From IMG/VR virus record IMGVR_UViG_3300028840_000492, positions 1 to 58,380 of that record: a DNA stretch of 58,380 nt. One strand, 5' to 3'. Positions within the stretch are counted from its first letter, which is position 1, and each line of letters starts with the position of its first letter. This stretch comes from a virus. Its lineage: Duplodnaviria; Caudoviricetes. A model generated the notes under the pieces. The model ran no database searches, was not told where the DNA came from, and worked only from the letters and a program-made list of their open reading frames with translations. This document shows positions 10,268 to 18,101 of this stretch, piece after piece. Position numbers and translations under genes: made by a program.

Positions 10268-10286
10268 AGAGATATAGGAGGATATT

Positions 10287-11246
10287 ATGCCAGACGACGA
10301 CATACTCGATGATTTGTTAGATGCAGATCCTGAAGATGATATGGAAGAAGAGGAATCGGCAGAAGATATAAATAGTATTAAGGCGGAATTAGAAAACCTT
10401 AAAAAAGAAAAATACGGACTATTACAAGATGTAAAGTCTGAACGCAGAAAGCGCCAAGAGTTCCAATCTTACAAGGAAGAACTGGACACCCTGAAGGGAA
10501 CTGTGGCTGCTATTCTGGAGCAGAACGCTCAACGCACATCACCGGATAGTGATGAATCCCTTAAAGGGATGCCTGTAGAATATACAGATGATGGCGAAGC
10601 CTATGTGAAACCTGATAAAGTAGTTGATATATTCAAGTCACAATTGGAAAGCCAGCAGAATGAAATCGAATCCTTGAAGGCGCAACTTCAAGCTTCCATG
10701 GCGCAAGCCACACAGTCACAGGAGAATAATGCTGTGATCAATAGCTTGCTCGGGGAAGACGAGCGGTTTGATAGGGCGTACAAAAAGTATCAATCAGCTC
10801 GAAAGTGGGCAAACGATAGAGTTATAGAATTTCAGCAAGAAAGAAATATCACAGGATACATCAGGCCGACTGAGGCCCTGGATCATGTGTTCAGCAATAA
10901 AATGCTGGAAGACGAGTTTAAAAAGGAATTCCCTGGTATCGCAATAGAGGATGTAATCCTCGCCGGAGAATCCCCTCGATTAATGAAGAGAGCTTTGAGT
11001 AACATTGCTGGAATACTAGAAGACAAAACGACTGAGCCAGTGCCAAATAGTAAATTTCAGAAGGTACTAAATAAACCATCTGGCCTTGGAAAGAAAGCTA
11101 ACGCAAAGGCAGGAAGCTCTGATTTGTTAGGTCAACTCGGAGAATCCTTCAGTTCACTAGATGTTTTAAGTTTATCAGATGCCCAGGTACAAGCACTTGA
11201 AAAAGCCCTGCTTGATGAAGAAAAATCAGATGGTGTCAAATTTTAA
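10287..11246 (+). CDS. Capsid scaffolding protein
   Basis: Acidic N-terminus, coiled coil, position immediately before the major capsid gene. Confidence 0.75.
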   Translation: MPDDDILDDLLDADPEDDMEEEESAEDINSIKAELENLKKEKYGLLQDVKSERRKRQEFQSYKEELDTLKGTVAAILEQNAQRTSPDSDESLKGMPVEYTDDGEAYVKPDKVVDIFKSQLESQQNEIESLKAQLQASMAQATQSQENNAVINSLLGEDERFDRAYKKYQSARKWANDRVIEFQQERNITGYIRPTEALDHVFSNKMLEDEFKKEFPGIAIEDVILAGESPRLMKRALSNIAGILEDKTTEPVPNSKFQKVLNKPSGLGKKANAKAGSSDLLGQLGESFSSLDVLSLSDAQVQALEKALLDEEKSDGVKF

Positions 11247-11272
11247 AGCATAACTTATAAAGGAGATAAAAA

Positions 11273-12325
11273 ATGGCTGTAACTGCTTTCGGAACCAATG
11301 ATGCACAGACAGTGAAGATTTGGTCCGCTTTGACACTTCGGGAAGCTCTCAAGGCTACCACGTTTACGAAACTTATGGGATCGGGGAAAGGCGCTATTAT
11401 TCAGCGACTGACCGATCTGGAAAAATCCGCTGGTGATCAGATCAAGTACGACCTCTTGATGCAGATGACGGGCGCTGGTGTAACTGGCGACAACCGCATG
11501 CGTGACAACGAGGAAGCGCTGGTCTATTATCAGGACACGATCAACATTGACCAGTTGAGAAATGCCCATGCGTTTAGGCGCATGAGTCAGCAAAGAACCG
11601 TACACGATCTTCGTGTAGATGCTAAGGTTAACTTGGCGGATTGGTTTGCTGGTAAACTCGACGACTATATGTTCCGTTGTCTCTGTGGTGATACCACTCT
11701 AACTCATGGTCAGACGGCGACTGCCCCGACTTCAGAGCATACTCTGTGGTCAGGTGATGCTACGTCTCAGGCGACTCTTGGTTCTAACGACCAGATTAGC
11801 TTGGCTGATCTTGATTACGCTAAGGAAATGGCTAAAACGTTGACTCCTCCGATCCGCCCGACTATGGCTGACGGTATGGAGACCTACGTGGTTGTCCTGC
11901 ATCCTTACAGCATTACTGATCTTAGGCTCGATGTGGCTAACAGTGCTTACACTGATTGGCCCTCCATCCAGATGTACGCTAACAAGCGTGGTCTGAAGAA
12001 CCCTGTGTTCAGTGGCGCTCATGGTATCTATAACGGTATGGCGATTTGGGAATCTACCCGAATCTATAGCCCTGCCAGTAACGTTCGTAACAACCTGTTC
12101 TTGGGTGCTCAGGCTGGTGTGTTTGCACTTGGCTCAGCTTATGATTCAATCGAATCTCAGCGAGTCGGTAAAGACAACCTGATGTCCTGGTACGAGGAAC
12201 AAGACGACTTTGGGAATGAGAAAGCTATATCCTGCGGATGTATCTTTGGCGTGAACAAGTCTGTCTTCAATAGCAAAGACTATGGTTTAATCACCATTCA
12301 GTCCTACGCTGCTGCTCACTCCTAA
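11273..12325 (+). CDS. Major capsid protein (N4-gp56/DUF4043-like)
   Basis: TAFGTNDAQTVKIWS, LEKSAGDQI, EEALVY..D.I.IDQLRNA, YVVVLHP, FLGAQA, EEQDDFGNE. Confidence 0.9.
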   Translation: MAVTAFGTNDAQTVKIWSALTLREALKATTFTKLMGSGKGAIIQRLTDLEKSAGDQIKYDLLMQMTGAGVTGDNRMRDNEEALVYYQDTINIDQLRNAHAFRRMSQQRTVHDLRVDAKVNLADWFAGKLDDYMFRCLCGDTTLTHGQTATAPTSEHTLWSGDATSQATLGSNDQISLADLDYAKEMAKTLTPPIRPTMADGMETYVVVLHPYSITDLRLDVANSAYTDWPSIQMYANKRGLKNPVFSGAHGIYNGMAIWESTRIYSPASNVRNNLFLGAQAGVFALGSAYDSIESQRVGKDNLMSWYEEQDDFGNEKAISCGCIFGVNKSVFNSKDYGLITIQSYAAAHS

Positions 12326-12412
12326 TCTCTAGGAGTATAATATAGGAGGACTATGACCCATTCATCGTAAGGTGGCGAGTCCTCCACCAAATTTAATGGG
12401 GATCGTAACCCC
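12318..12412 (+). promoter_or_regulatory. Structured intergenic element with mini-ORF after the major capsid gene
   Basis: Hairpin 12318-12336 over the stop codon; GGAGGACT (12345-12352)/AGTCCTCC (12378-12385) stem enclosing ATG ACC CAT TCA TCG TAA; GGGG/CCCC hairpin before the next SD. Confidence 0.5.
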
Positions 12413-12424
12413 GAGGAGAATCTA

Positions 12425-13279
12425 ATGGCTGCTTCATTGAAGTTTACTACGATCGGCTCTGATGTCGATCTTACAAGTACTACGGTTAACCCGAACGCTG
12501 CGCCTACGAGCACGCCCCGTCAGGGTGGGTTCACGCTGCGTAACAGGATTGACTTTAGTCAGGTGAGCAATGCTAATAAACTCTTGTGGGTCATCGACGA
12601 TGCTACACTGACCGATGACGCTGTCAAGAACTTCCGTATCTTGGAAGTCCCTGAGCGTTGCTTTATCAAAAATCTGAAGGTTATGGGAGTTGCTGGTAAA
12701 ACGGCTCCTTCTTTTACCTTTACTGGAGCCAAAGCATCTAACGCTTCTTGCGTCAAGACTGACTTGGCTACCACTGGTATTTGCTTTGGTGCGGATGTTA
12801 ATAAGAAACCGACTAGCTCGGCCTCTTATGCTGCTGCTACGCATCTTGTGCATATTACCTCTCTCAACAGCTTGGCTACTGAGGGTGACGGTGCGATCAA
12901 GGCTGAGGTCTTTGGTCGTTTGGGTACTGGTTTTAACAGTACGTCTTCTGCGTCCGCTCTGGTATTCCAGTTTGACGATACGTTTAGCACGATCGATAGT
13001 TCTATTAACTCGTTGGCTAAACCTCTGAAGACTGCGAAGATCCCGGCGCACGAGGCTGCTGCTGCTTCTGGTGCTTCGTCTCTGCTTCAGATACCGAAGG
13101 GTGAGTATTTCCCGTATGGTGGTTATGTAACGATGCGGTTAGGTCCGTATGGTACGTCCATCAACTCCGCCTCTGGTGTCGGTACGGCTGCTGGTTTTTA
13201 CGCTGCTTCTACCGCTGCTACTATTTATATGGCAGGTGTTTGGGAAATCCAGGCTGAAGGGTACTATGTGCCTGAGTAA
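12425..13279 (+). CDS. Capsid decoration-like protein (long paralog with insertion)
   Basis: Follows the capsid gene; A/S/T-rich; RNRIDFS...FRILEVPERCFI resembles the 14906-16818 paralogs. Confidence 0.6.
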   Translation: MAASLKFTTIGSDVDLTSTTVNPNAAPTSTPRQGGFTLRNRIDFSQVSNANKLLWVIDDATLTDDAVKNFRILEVPERCFIKNLKVMGVAGKTAPSFTFTGAKASNASCVKTDLATTGICFGADVNKKPTSSASYAAATHLVHITSLNSLATEGDGAIKAEVFGRLGTGFNSTSSASALVFQFDDTFSTIDSSINSLAKPLKTAKIPAHEAAAASGASSLLQIPKGEYFPYGGYVTMRLGPYGTSINSASGVGTAAGFYAASTAATIYMAGVWEIQAEGYYVPE

Positions 13280-13294
13280 TTAAAACTAAAGGTT

Positions 13295-13320
13295 GACCCC
13301 GTACCTTAAACGGGGTTTTA
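13295..13320 (+). terminator. Probable intrinsic terminator
   Basis: ACCCCGT-accttaa-ACGGGGT followed by TTT. Confidence 0.6.
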
Positions 13321-13337
13321 ATATAAAAGGGGGAGTT

Positions 13338-13577
13338 ATGGTTATTGAATTTTCACCACATCAGTATATTGATATTGATAAGGTTCACGCACTACGATGG
13401 ATTGTTGCAGGAGATAAAGCAGTCGGTATTGTTGTGCTGAACGGCGACAAAATCGTGGTCACGGAACGTGAAGAATTTGATGCAATCGAATCTGCTTACA
13501 TTTGGAAGAACAAAAGTTATATGGTAGATGATAAACTAAAGAAGGTTCGATGGGTAAAGGGGGATCCAAATGTCTAA
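13338..13577 (+). CDS. Hypothetical protein
   Basis: GGGGAG SD then ATG 13338. Confidence 0.6.
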   Translation: MVIEFSPHQYIDIDKVHALRWIVAGDKAVGIVVLNGDKIVVTEREEFDAIESAYIWKNKSYMVDDKLKKVRWVKGDPNV

Positions 13578-14589
13578 TTCAACTGTAAATAGAACAACGG
13601 TGCAGGCCCTGAACTGGGCTGGACAATTGAAACTATCTAAGCAGCAAGACTTCATAGATATATTTGGAAAACTTACTGGAGAAGGATTTGCTTGGGATTC
13701 AGTAGATCAGGTGTTAGTTAAACCTAATGCAGCTTTTGGTAGGTTTCTTAGTGCTGACACTCCTTGGTGTCACGTAAAGAGTTCACCTTATAAGAACTGC
13801 AACTTTGATCATTCAATTGTGTTTACACATTTTGGGATTATACCTCCTAGGTGCTTAGAGTGCTGGAAGGTAACTGTATCCCCTAAGAGTTATCACGAAC
13901 TGAGATTGTTAGAAGATCTGCAACAGAGTAGTCCGTATCCATGCAAATGTGGAATCGAATTACGGCAGTATGTTCCTAAACATTATGGTGGTTATTTCTA
14001 TAATAACAGCTTAGACGAAGGCCGAGAGTGTTACGAATGGGTGCTCAAGGCTGTGAAGGAACAGTTTGGCGATGATCGTAATGTTCTGCTGAAACGTGGG
14101 TGTACTGAGTATGAATTCCTCAAAGGACCTTCTCCCTTTTGGGTAATGACACCAGAGGAAGAGAAGAAGCTGGAATTGATACAGGCATACGTGAGAGATG
14201 ATCGTGGAAACGGCTCACAACCTGATCTGGTTAAGAACCATATTCGACTCAGATGGGCGCAATGGGCGCACTCCAATGGCGATATGTCCTATAAAGATTA
14301 TAACGGTGGCGAAGCTCTGTATCCTGATTATGTCAAGTATCACCAGGGATCGATCGATGGGATTAAATCGGATCTAGCCATGGCTAAGAGTCAGGCAAAG
14401 ATTGGGTTGGATCCAAAGATCACTAGAGAGTTTCAGGAGTTGGCTCAACAGTTCTCAGATAAACACAAGTTGAGTAGCCCAACTCTGTTGATACATGCGT
14501 TAGGAGCGCAAGAGTTGAATCCTCTCAAAGCTGCTAACTTTACGGACATTCCAAAGGAAGTGGTAGGTGAGCAAGATGAACTTACTTAA
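13570..14589 (+). CDS. Uncharacterised Cys-motif protein
   Basis: PPRCLECWKV...CKCGIELR...YGGYFY...LKRGCTEYE motifs; enzyme-like globular composition. Confidence 0.75.
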   Translation: MSNSTVNRTTVQALNWAGQLKLSKQQDFIDIFGKLTGEGFAWDSVDQVLVKPNAAFGRFLSADTPWCHVKSSPYKNCNFDHSIVFTHFGIIPPRCLECWKVTVSPKSYHELRLLEDLQQSSPYPCKCGIELRQYVPKHYGGYFYNNSLDEGRECYEWVLKAVKEQFGDDRNVLLKRGCTEYEFLKGPSPFWVMTPEEEKKLELIQAYVRDDRGNGSQPDLVKNHIRLRWAQWAHSNGDMSYKDYNGGEALYPDYVKYHQGSIDGIKSDLAMAKSQAKIGLDPKITREFQELAQQFSDKHKLSSPTLLIHALGAQELNPLKAANFTDIPKEVVGEQDELT

Positions 14590-14902
14590 CACTCCCGGGT
14601 CAACTGATATATGCGAGAAGTGTGGATCTTTCTGCTGTAACTACAACCTAAGAGTTATTCCAGTAGAAGAAGGTGAAGCTAATCCAGTTCAGTTAGATTA
14701 CTTTCTAACAAGGGCAGTGGATCATCAGGTGATTAACGATAAACATTATTGTATTATGAACCAACAATGCCCACACTTAAAGAACAATAAGTGTAGCATT
14801 TACAAAGTTCGTCCTAAACATTGCGCCGAGTTTCCGCAACGATGGGACGAAGATTGGACTCATTTCTGTGAGTTAATGAATAAAATGTATAAAGGAGAAT
14901 AA
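14567..14902 (+). CDS. YkgJ-family (CxxCxxCC) Fe-S/Zn cluster protein
   Basis: CEKCGSFCC ... CPHLKNNKCSIYKVRPKHCAEFP. Confidence 0.8.
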   Translation: MSKMNLLNTPGSTDICEKCGSFCCNYNLRVIPVEEGEANPVQLDYFLTRAVDHQVINDKHYCIMNQQCPHLKNNKCSIYKVRPKHCAEFPQRWDEDWTHFCELMNKMYKGE

Positions 14903-14905
14903 CAC

Positions 14906-15373
14906 ATGGCTACTTATGGCGATAGTGCTCAAGAGTATCCTTACAAGCCCGCACGAAGACGCAAGCAAAAGTATAGTCTTGTTACTAGAGTTTTAGACTT
15001 TACTAATAACTTGCCTGTAACTGACGCAGCTGGTACGACTACGGCTTGGGCTGCTGGCGATGTGCTAGAGGCAATAGGCATCAAAGCAGGACAGACTGTT
15101 CTAGGTGTTCAGCTGGAGATCTTAACTAGATCTTTAGACGCATATGATGTGATTGACATTGGGTACGGCAGTAACGCAACTAGGTGGGGTCGATACAACT
15201 TATCCTCTGCCGTAGAAGTTAAAGACACCTTAGCTAGCACTGCTGCGTTTGATGATATGTTCTTAGAGCCGTTGTACTTTGCGTCAAAAGATACGATCGA
15301 TGTCACAATCCGCAAAGCTGCATTGCAAGGAAAGGTCAGACTTATAGTTCACTTATTGGAGGATGATAGATAA
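14906..15373 (+). CDS. Decoration/cement-like virion protein, paralog 1
   Basis: RVLDF...GDVLEAIGIKAG...IDIGY...DTIDV pattern shared with neighbours. Confidence 0.6.
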   Translation: MATYGDSAQEYPYKPARRRKQKYSLVTRVLDFTNNLPVTDAAGTTTAWAAGDVLEAIGIKAGQTVLGVQLEILTRSLDAYDVIDIGYGSNATRWGRYNLSSAVEVKDTLASTAAFDDMFLEPLYFASKDTIDVTIRKAALQGKVRLIVHLLEDDR

Positions 15374-15834
15374 TGGCAACATATAATATAGTTGGATACA
15401 ACACGGTAGCTAATCCTCCAACATTCGGTTCATTTTGGATATATATCCGTATGGATATATCAGATATGATGGATCGAGGGATGGTTAGACGTCCTGGTTT
15501 ACTAACAGGCGATTACGTTTACTTAGCAAAACTAAGAGACAAATGGGTGATCCGTGATTCATATATTCGGATTCCCGAAGCTGCAGACACAGGTACTCAG
15601 TACAATATTGGTTATTCAGCTGCTGGAACACAGATAGCTGCGATCGTCGATGGTACTGATACTGCGACTTATGCTGATTGGGTGCAAGGTACTATTGATC
15701 CTAATGATAGTATAGCGTCCTTAACTGCTGACGCATATCTGCAAGTACACATGAACGCTGGTGGGCCGACTGATAACGGAGTTTTAGAACTCTTGTTAGA
15801 AATCGTAGCTGGACCAGATGATAATGGAATATAA
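15373..15834 (+). CDS. Decoration/cement-like virion protein, paralog 2
   Basis: FGSFW...DKWVIRDSY...GVLELLLEIVAGPDD. Confidence 0.6.
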   Translation: MATYNIVGYNTVANPPTFGSFWIYIRMDISDMMDRGMVRRPGLLTGDYVYLAKLRDKWVIRDSYIRIPEAADTGTQYNIGYSAAGTQIAAIVDGTDTATYADWVQGTIDPNDSIASLTADAYLQVHMNAGGPTDNGVLELLLEIVAGPDDNGI

Positions 15835-15845
15835 GGAGATAAAAC

Positions 15846-16307
15846 ATGGCTGTATATGATTTATACAAAACTGCTGCGAGTCCTTCGCAAGCCCCCAGGT
15901 TTGGCACGTTTTGGCTCTATGCTAAAGTGAACTTCGCTGAAAACCCGATGGCTGTTTCTGATGTGGCTCGACTGATGAAAATTAAAGATAAGTGGGTCGT
16001 TCGAGATTCTTACTGGAGAATGACAGTAGCCTCTACTGCTGCCAATACATTTGATATTGGCTTCAATGATGCTGGTAGCGCAGTGTACACTAACCAGGGT
16101 ATCCTGGCTGGCGGTGCTTCCGCTGCTGGTGATTGGGCGCAGGGTGTTGTTGATCCTGATGCTAACCAGAAGATCTGTACGACTGATGGTTATATCTTTG
16201 TAGAGAACCTGACCGCTGCTGTCTATGACGGTGTGCTTGAGGTCATGGTTGAAGTGTTCGCTGGCCCTGATGACGCAGAGCCTGTTGACGCTAATATAGA
16301 TGATTAA
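15846..16307 (+). CDS. Decoration/cement-like virion protein, paralog 3
   Basis: FGTFW...DKWVVRDSY...GVLEVMVEVFAGPDD. Confidence 0.6.
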   Translation: MAVYDLYKTAASPSQAPRFGTFWLYAKVNFAENPMAVSDVARLMKIKDKWVVRDSYWRMTVASTAANTFDIGFNDAGSAVYTNQGILAGGASAAGDWAQGVVDPDANQKICTTDGYIFVENLTAAVYDGVLEVMVEVFAGPDDAEPVDANIDD

Positions 16308-16315
16308 TAAATAGC

Positions 16316-16329
16316 CGTCCTACGGGACG
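16316..16329 (+). promoter_or_regulatory. UNCG-tetraloop hairpin
   Basis: CGTCC-TACG-GGACG in an intergenic gap; no U-tract. Confidence 0.4.
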
Positions 16330-16347
16330 TAATAAAGGAGACTTATT

Positions 16348-16818
16348 ATGGCTACAGCTTTTACGCTTGCGAATATGGATACTAGCAAGTTTGATATTAA
16401 AAATAGTGATCCTACTAAAAAACCTGGAAGGGGTATGCTCCACGTTAGAAGTCGAGTTATCAATTTTGATACTCTGGCTACTGCAACTGGAACCGCCCTG
16501 GCTCATTCAGATACGTATCAAGTGTTTGATCTGGCCCCGGGTGATATTATAATTGCTGCTGGTGTTAATATTCTAACAGCAGCGACTGCAGCTGCAACCT
16601 TGGACTTAGGGTTTACTGGTGGAACGGTAGACTATTTTGTTGATGGGTTGGCTGCTAATGACACAACTCTGCCTTCGCAAACTGACGGGTATTTTAATGG
16701 TCCTGCGTATATTTCTGCTGCTGACACTTTGGATCTGAAAGAAGCCGGTGGTGCTCAGACTTTGGCGGGCTGTGTAGCTCAGGTATGGGCTTTGATCGCT
16801 CGAATCGACGGTAGTTAA
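16348..16818 (+). CDS. Decoration/cement-like virion protein, paralog 4
   Basis: RVINF...DTYQVFDLAPG...LDLGF...DTLDL. Confidence 0.6.
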   Translation: MATAFTLANMDTSKFDIKNSDPTKKPGRGMLHVRSRVINFDTLATATGTALAHSDTYQVFDLAPGDIIIAAGVNILTAATAAATLDLGFTGGTVDYFVDGLAANDTTLPSQTDGYFNGPAYISAADTLDLKEAGGAQTLAGCVAQVWALIARIDGS

Positions 16819-16831
16819 TAGGAGATAACTA

Positions 16832-17458
16832 ATGGCAACAGTACAAAGTGTTATTGACGAGGCTCGTTGGGATTTGACTGACTACGATGCTGGAGTCAAA
16901 TGGAAAGACGACGAACTTGTGGTTTATATGAACCGTGCCATAAGAAGCCTTAATTCAGAACTATGTCGGAGAAAGTCTGACTTAGTGTATGAGGAAGAGA
17001 CTTCTACTAATACTGTTGCGTCTCAAAATTATGTGGATATATCTGGTCTGTCCTACGATTCTGTAGTCTGCGTATGGATAGGCTCTGATCAATTAGAACA
17101 GACCAGTATCCAAGACATATATTATAAACGTAAGTTTAGAAGTGGAGATGCGTATCCTAACTATTGGTCGATCGAAGATGATACTATTATATTTGAATCG
17201 ACCTGTGATGCTATTCATACTGATCTGGTAATAGGGTATTATACAAAAGCATCAGATGTTACGGCTTCGAGTAATATGCCGTACAGTGATATTTTTAATG
17301 ACTCCCTAAGAGATGCAGTGGTTGAGATGGCGATAGCTAGGAAGGGTGATCAGTCTGAACGAACGGATAAGAAGTGGATAGGTATGCTACGAACTGCTGC
17401 CAATGAGGAGCAGCTTCGTAGAAGTTTCGTGCCTAAACCCTACTACATAGATTTCTAA
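16832..17458 (+). CDS. Head-tail adaptor-like protein A
   Basis: TVQSVIDEAR...WKDDELVVYMNRA adaptor-type N-terminus; position before nozzle. Confidence 0.65.
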   Translation: MATVQSVIDEARWDLTDYDAGVKWKDDELVVYMNRAIRSLNSELCRRKSDLVYEEETSTNTVASQNYVDISGLSYDSVVCVWIGSDQLEQTSIQDIYYKRKFRSGDAYPNYWSIEDDTIIFESTCDAIHTDLVIGYYTKASDVTASSNMPYSDIFNDSLRDAVVEMAIARKGDQSERTDKKWIGMLRTAANEEQLRRSFVPKPYYIDF

Positions 17459-17468
17459 GGAGAACTAA

Positions 17469-18098
17469 ATGGCACACACTTTAACGACAGCAACGACAGC
17501 TGTGAGAGATGTTCTGAACGAAGAAACAGCTGCCTTTTGGTCTGACACTCAGATACAAAATTGGATTAAAGAGGGCTGTGTTGACTTAACCAGTAGGGGC
17601 ATGGTATATATTACCCAGGAGGAAATCACGTTAGCAGCAACAACTCTGTATTATGTTTCCACAGACGAGGCATGGATTGCAGATGCTGTTAAGTTATTTC
17701 ATGGGTATTACGATGACGCTTCTAACGGATACAATGGTATAGTTAAGATAGAACCTTCTCAAATAGGACACATGCCTCAAGCAGATGCTGGTGTTCCTGA
17801 ATATTTTGCGCTTGTAGATAAGCGTGTTTATATATGGCCCTTGACTTCTGCTGCTGTAGTGGCAGCTGGTGGCAAGGCTAAGTTTGAAGTAGCAAAGGTA
17901 ACTGACGACATCACAAACATAGAGTTTGAGTTTCAACATTTACCTATAGAATACGCTATAGCCCACGCACTGACGAGAGATAAACAGTTTCAGGAGGCTG
18001 GCGTATATTTTAGTATGTATCGAACTGGTCTGGAATTTGAGAGACAGCAGAAGGTTGATCGGGAGAAAGATGCATACAGTAACTTTAAGACGAGGTAA
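17469..18098 (+). CDS. Head-tail adaptor-like protein B
   Basis: VRDVLNE..FWSDTQIQNWIKEG, G.P.Y and IWP motifs; paralog of the upstream gene. Confidence 0.65.
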   Translation: MAHTLTTATTAVRDVLNEETAAFWSDTQIQNWIKEGCVDLTSRGMVYITQEEITLAATTLYYVSTDEAWIADAVKLFHGYYDDASNGYNGIVKIEPSQIGHMPQADAGVPEYFALVDKRVYIWPLTSAAVVAAGGKAKFEVAKVTDDITNIEFEFQHLPIEYAIAHALTRDKQFQEAGVYFSMYRTGLEFERQQKVDREKDAYSNFKTR

Positions 18099-18101
18099 AC
18101 A

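Noticed and set aside
12323-12425. Capsid read-through or frameshift fusion to the next gene
   Set aside because: A second in-frame TAA follows five codons later and no slippery site is evident
12434-13051. Long antisense ORF (also 23646-24269 and other opposite-strand ORFs)
   Set aside because: Fully overlap well-supported genes, lack SD or motifs, and break the two-arm strand organisation
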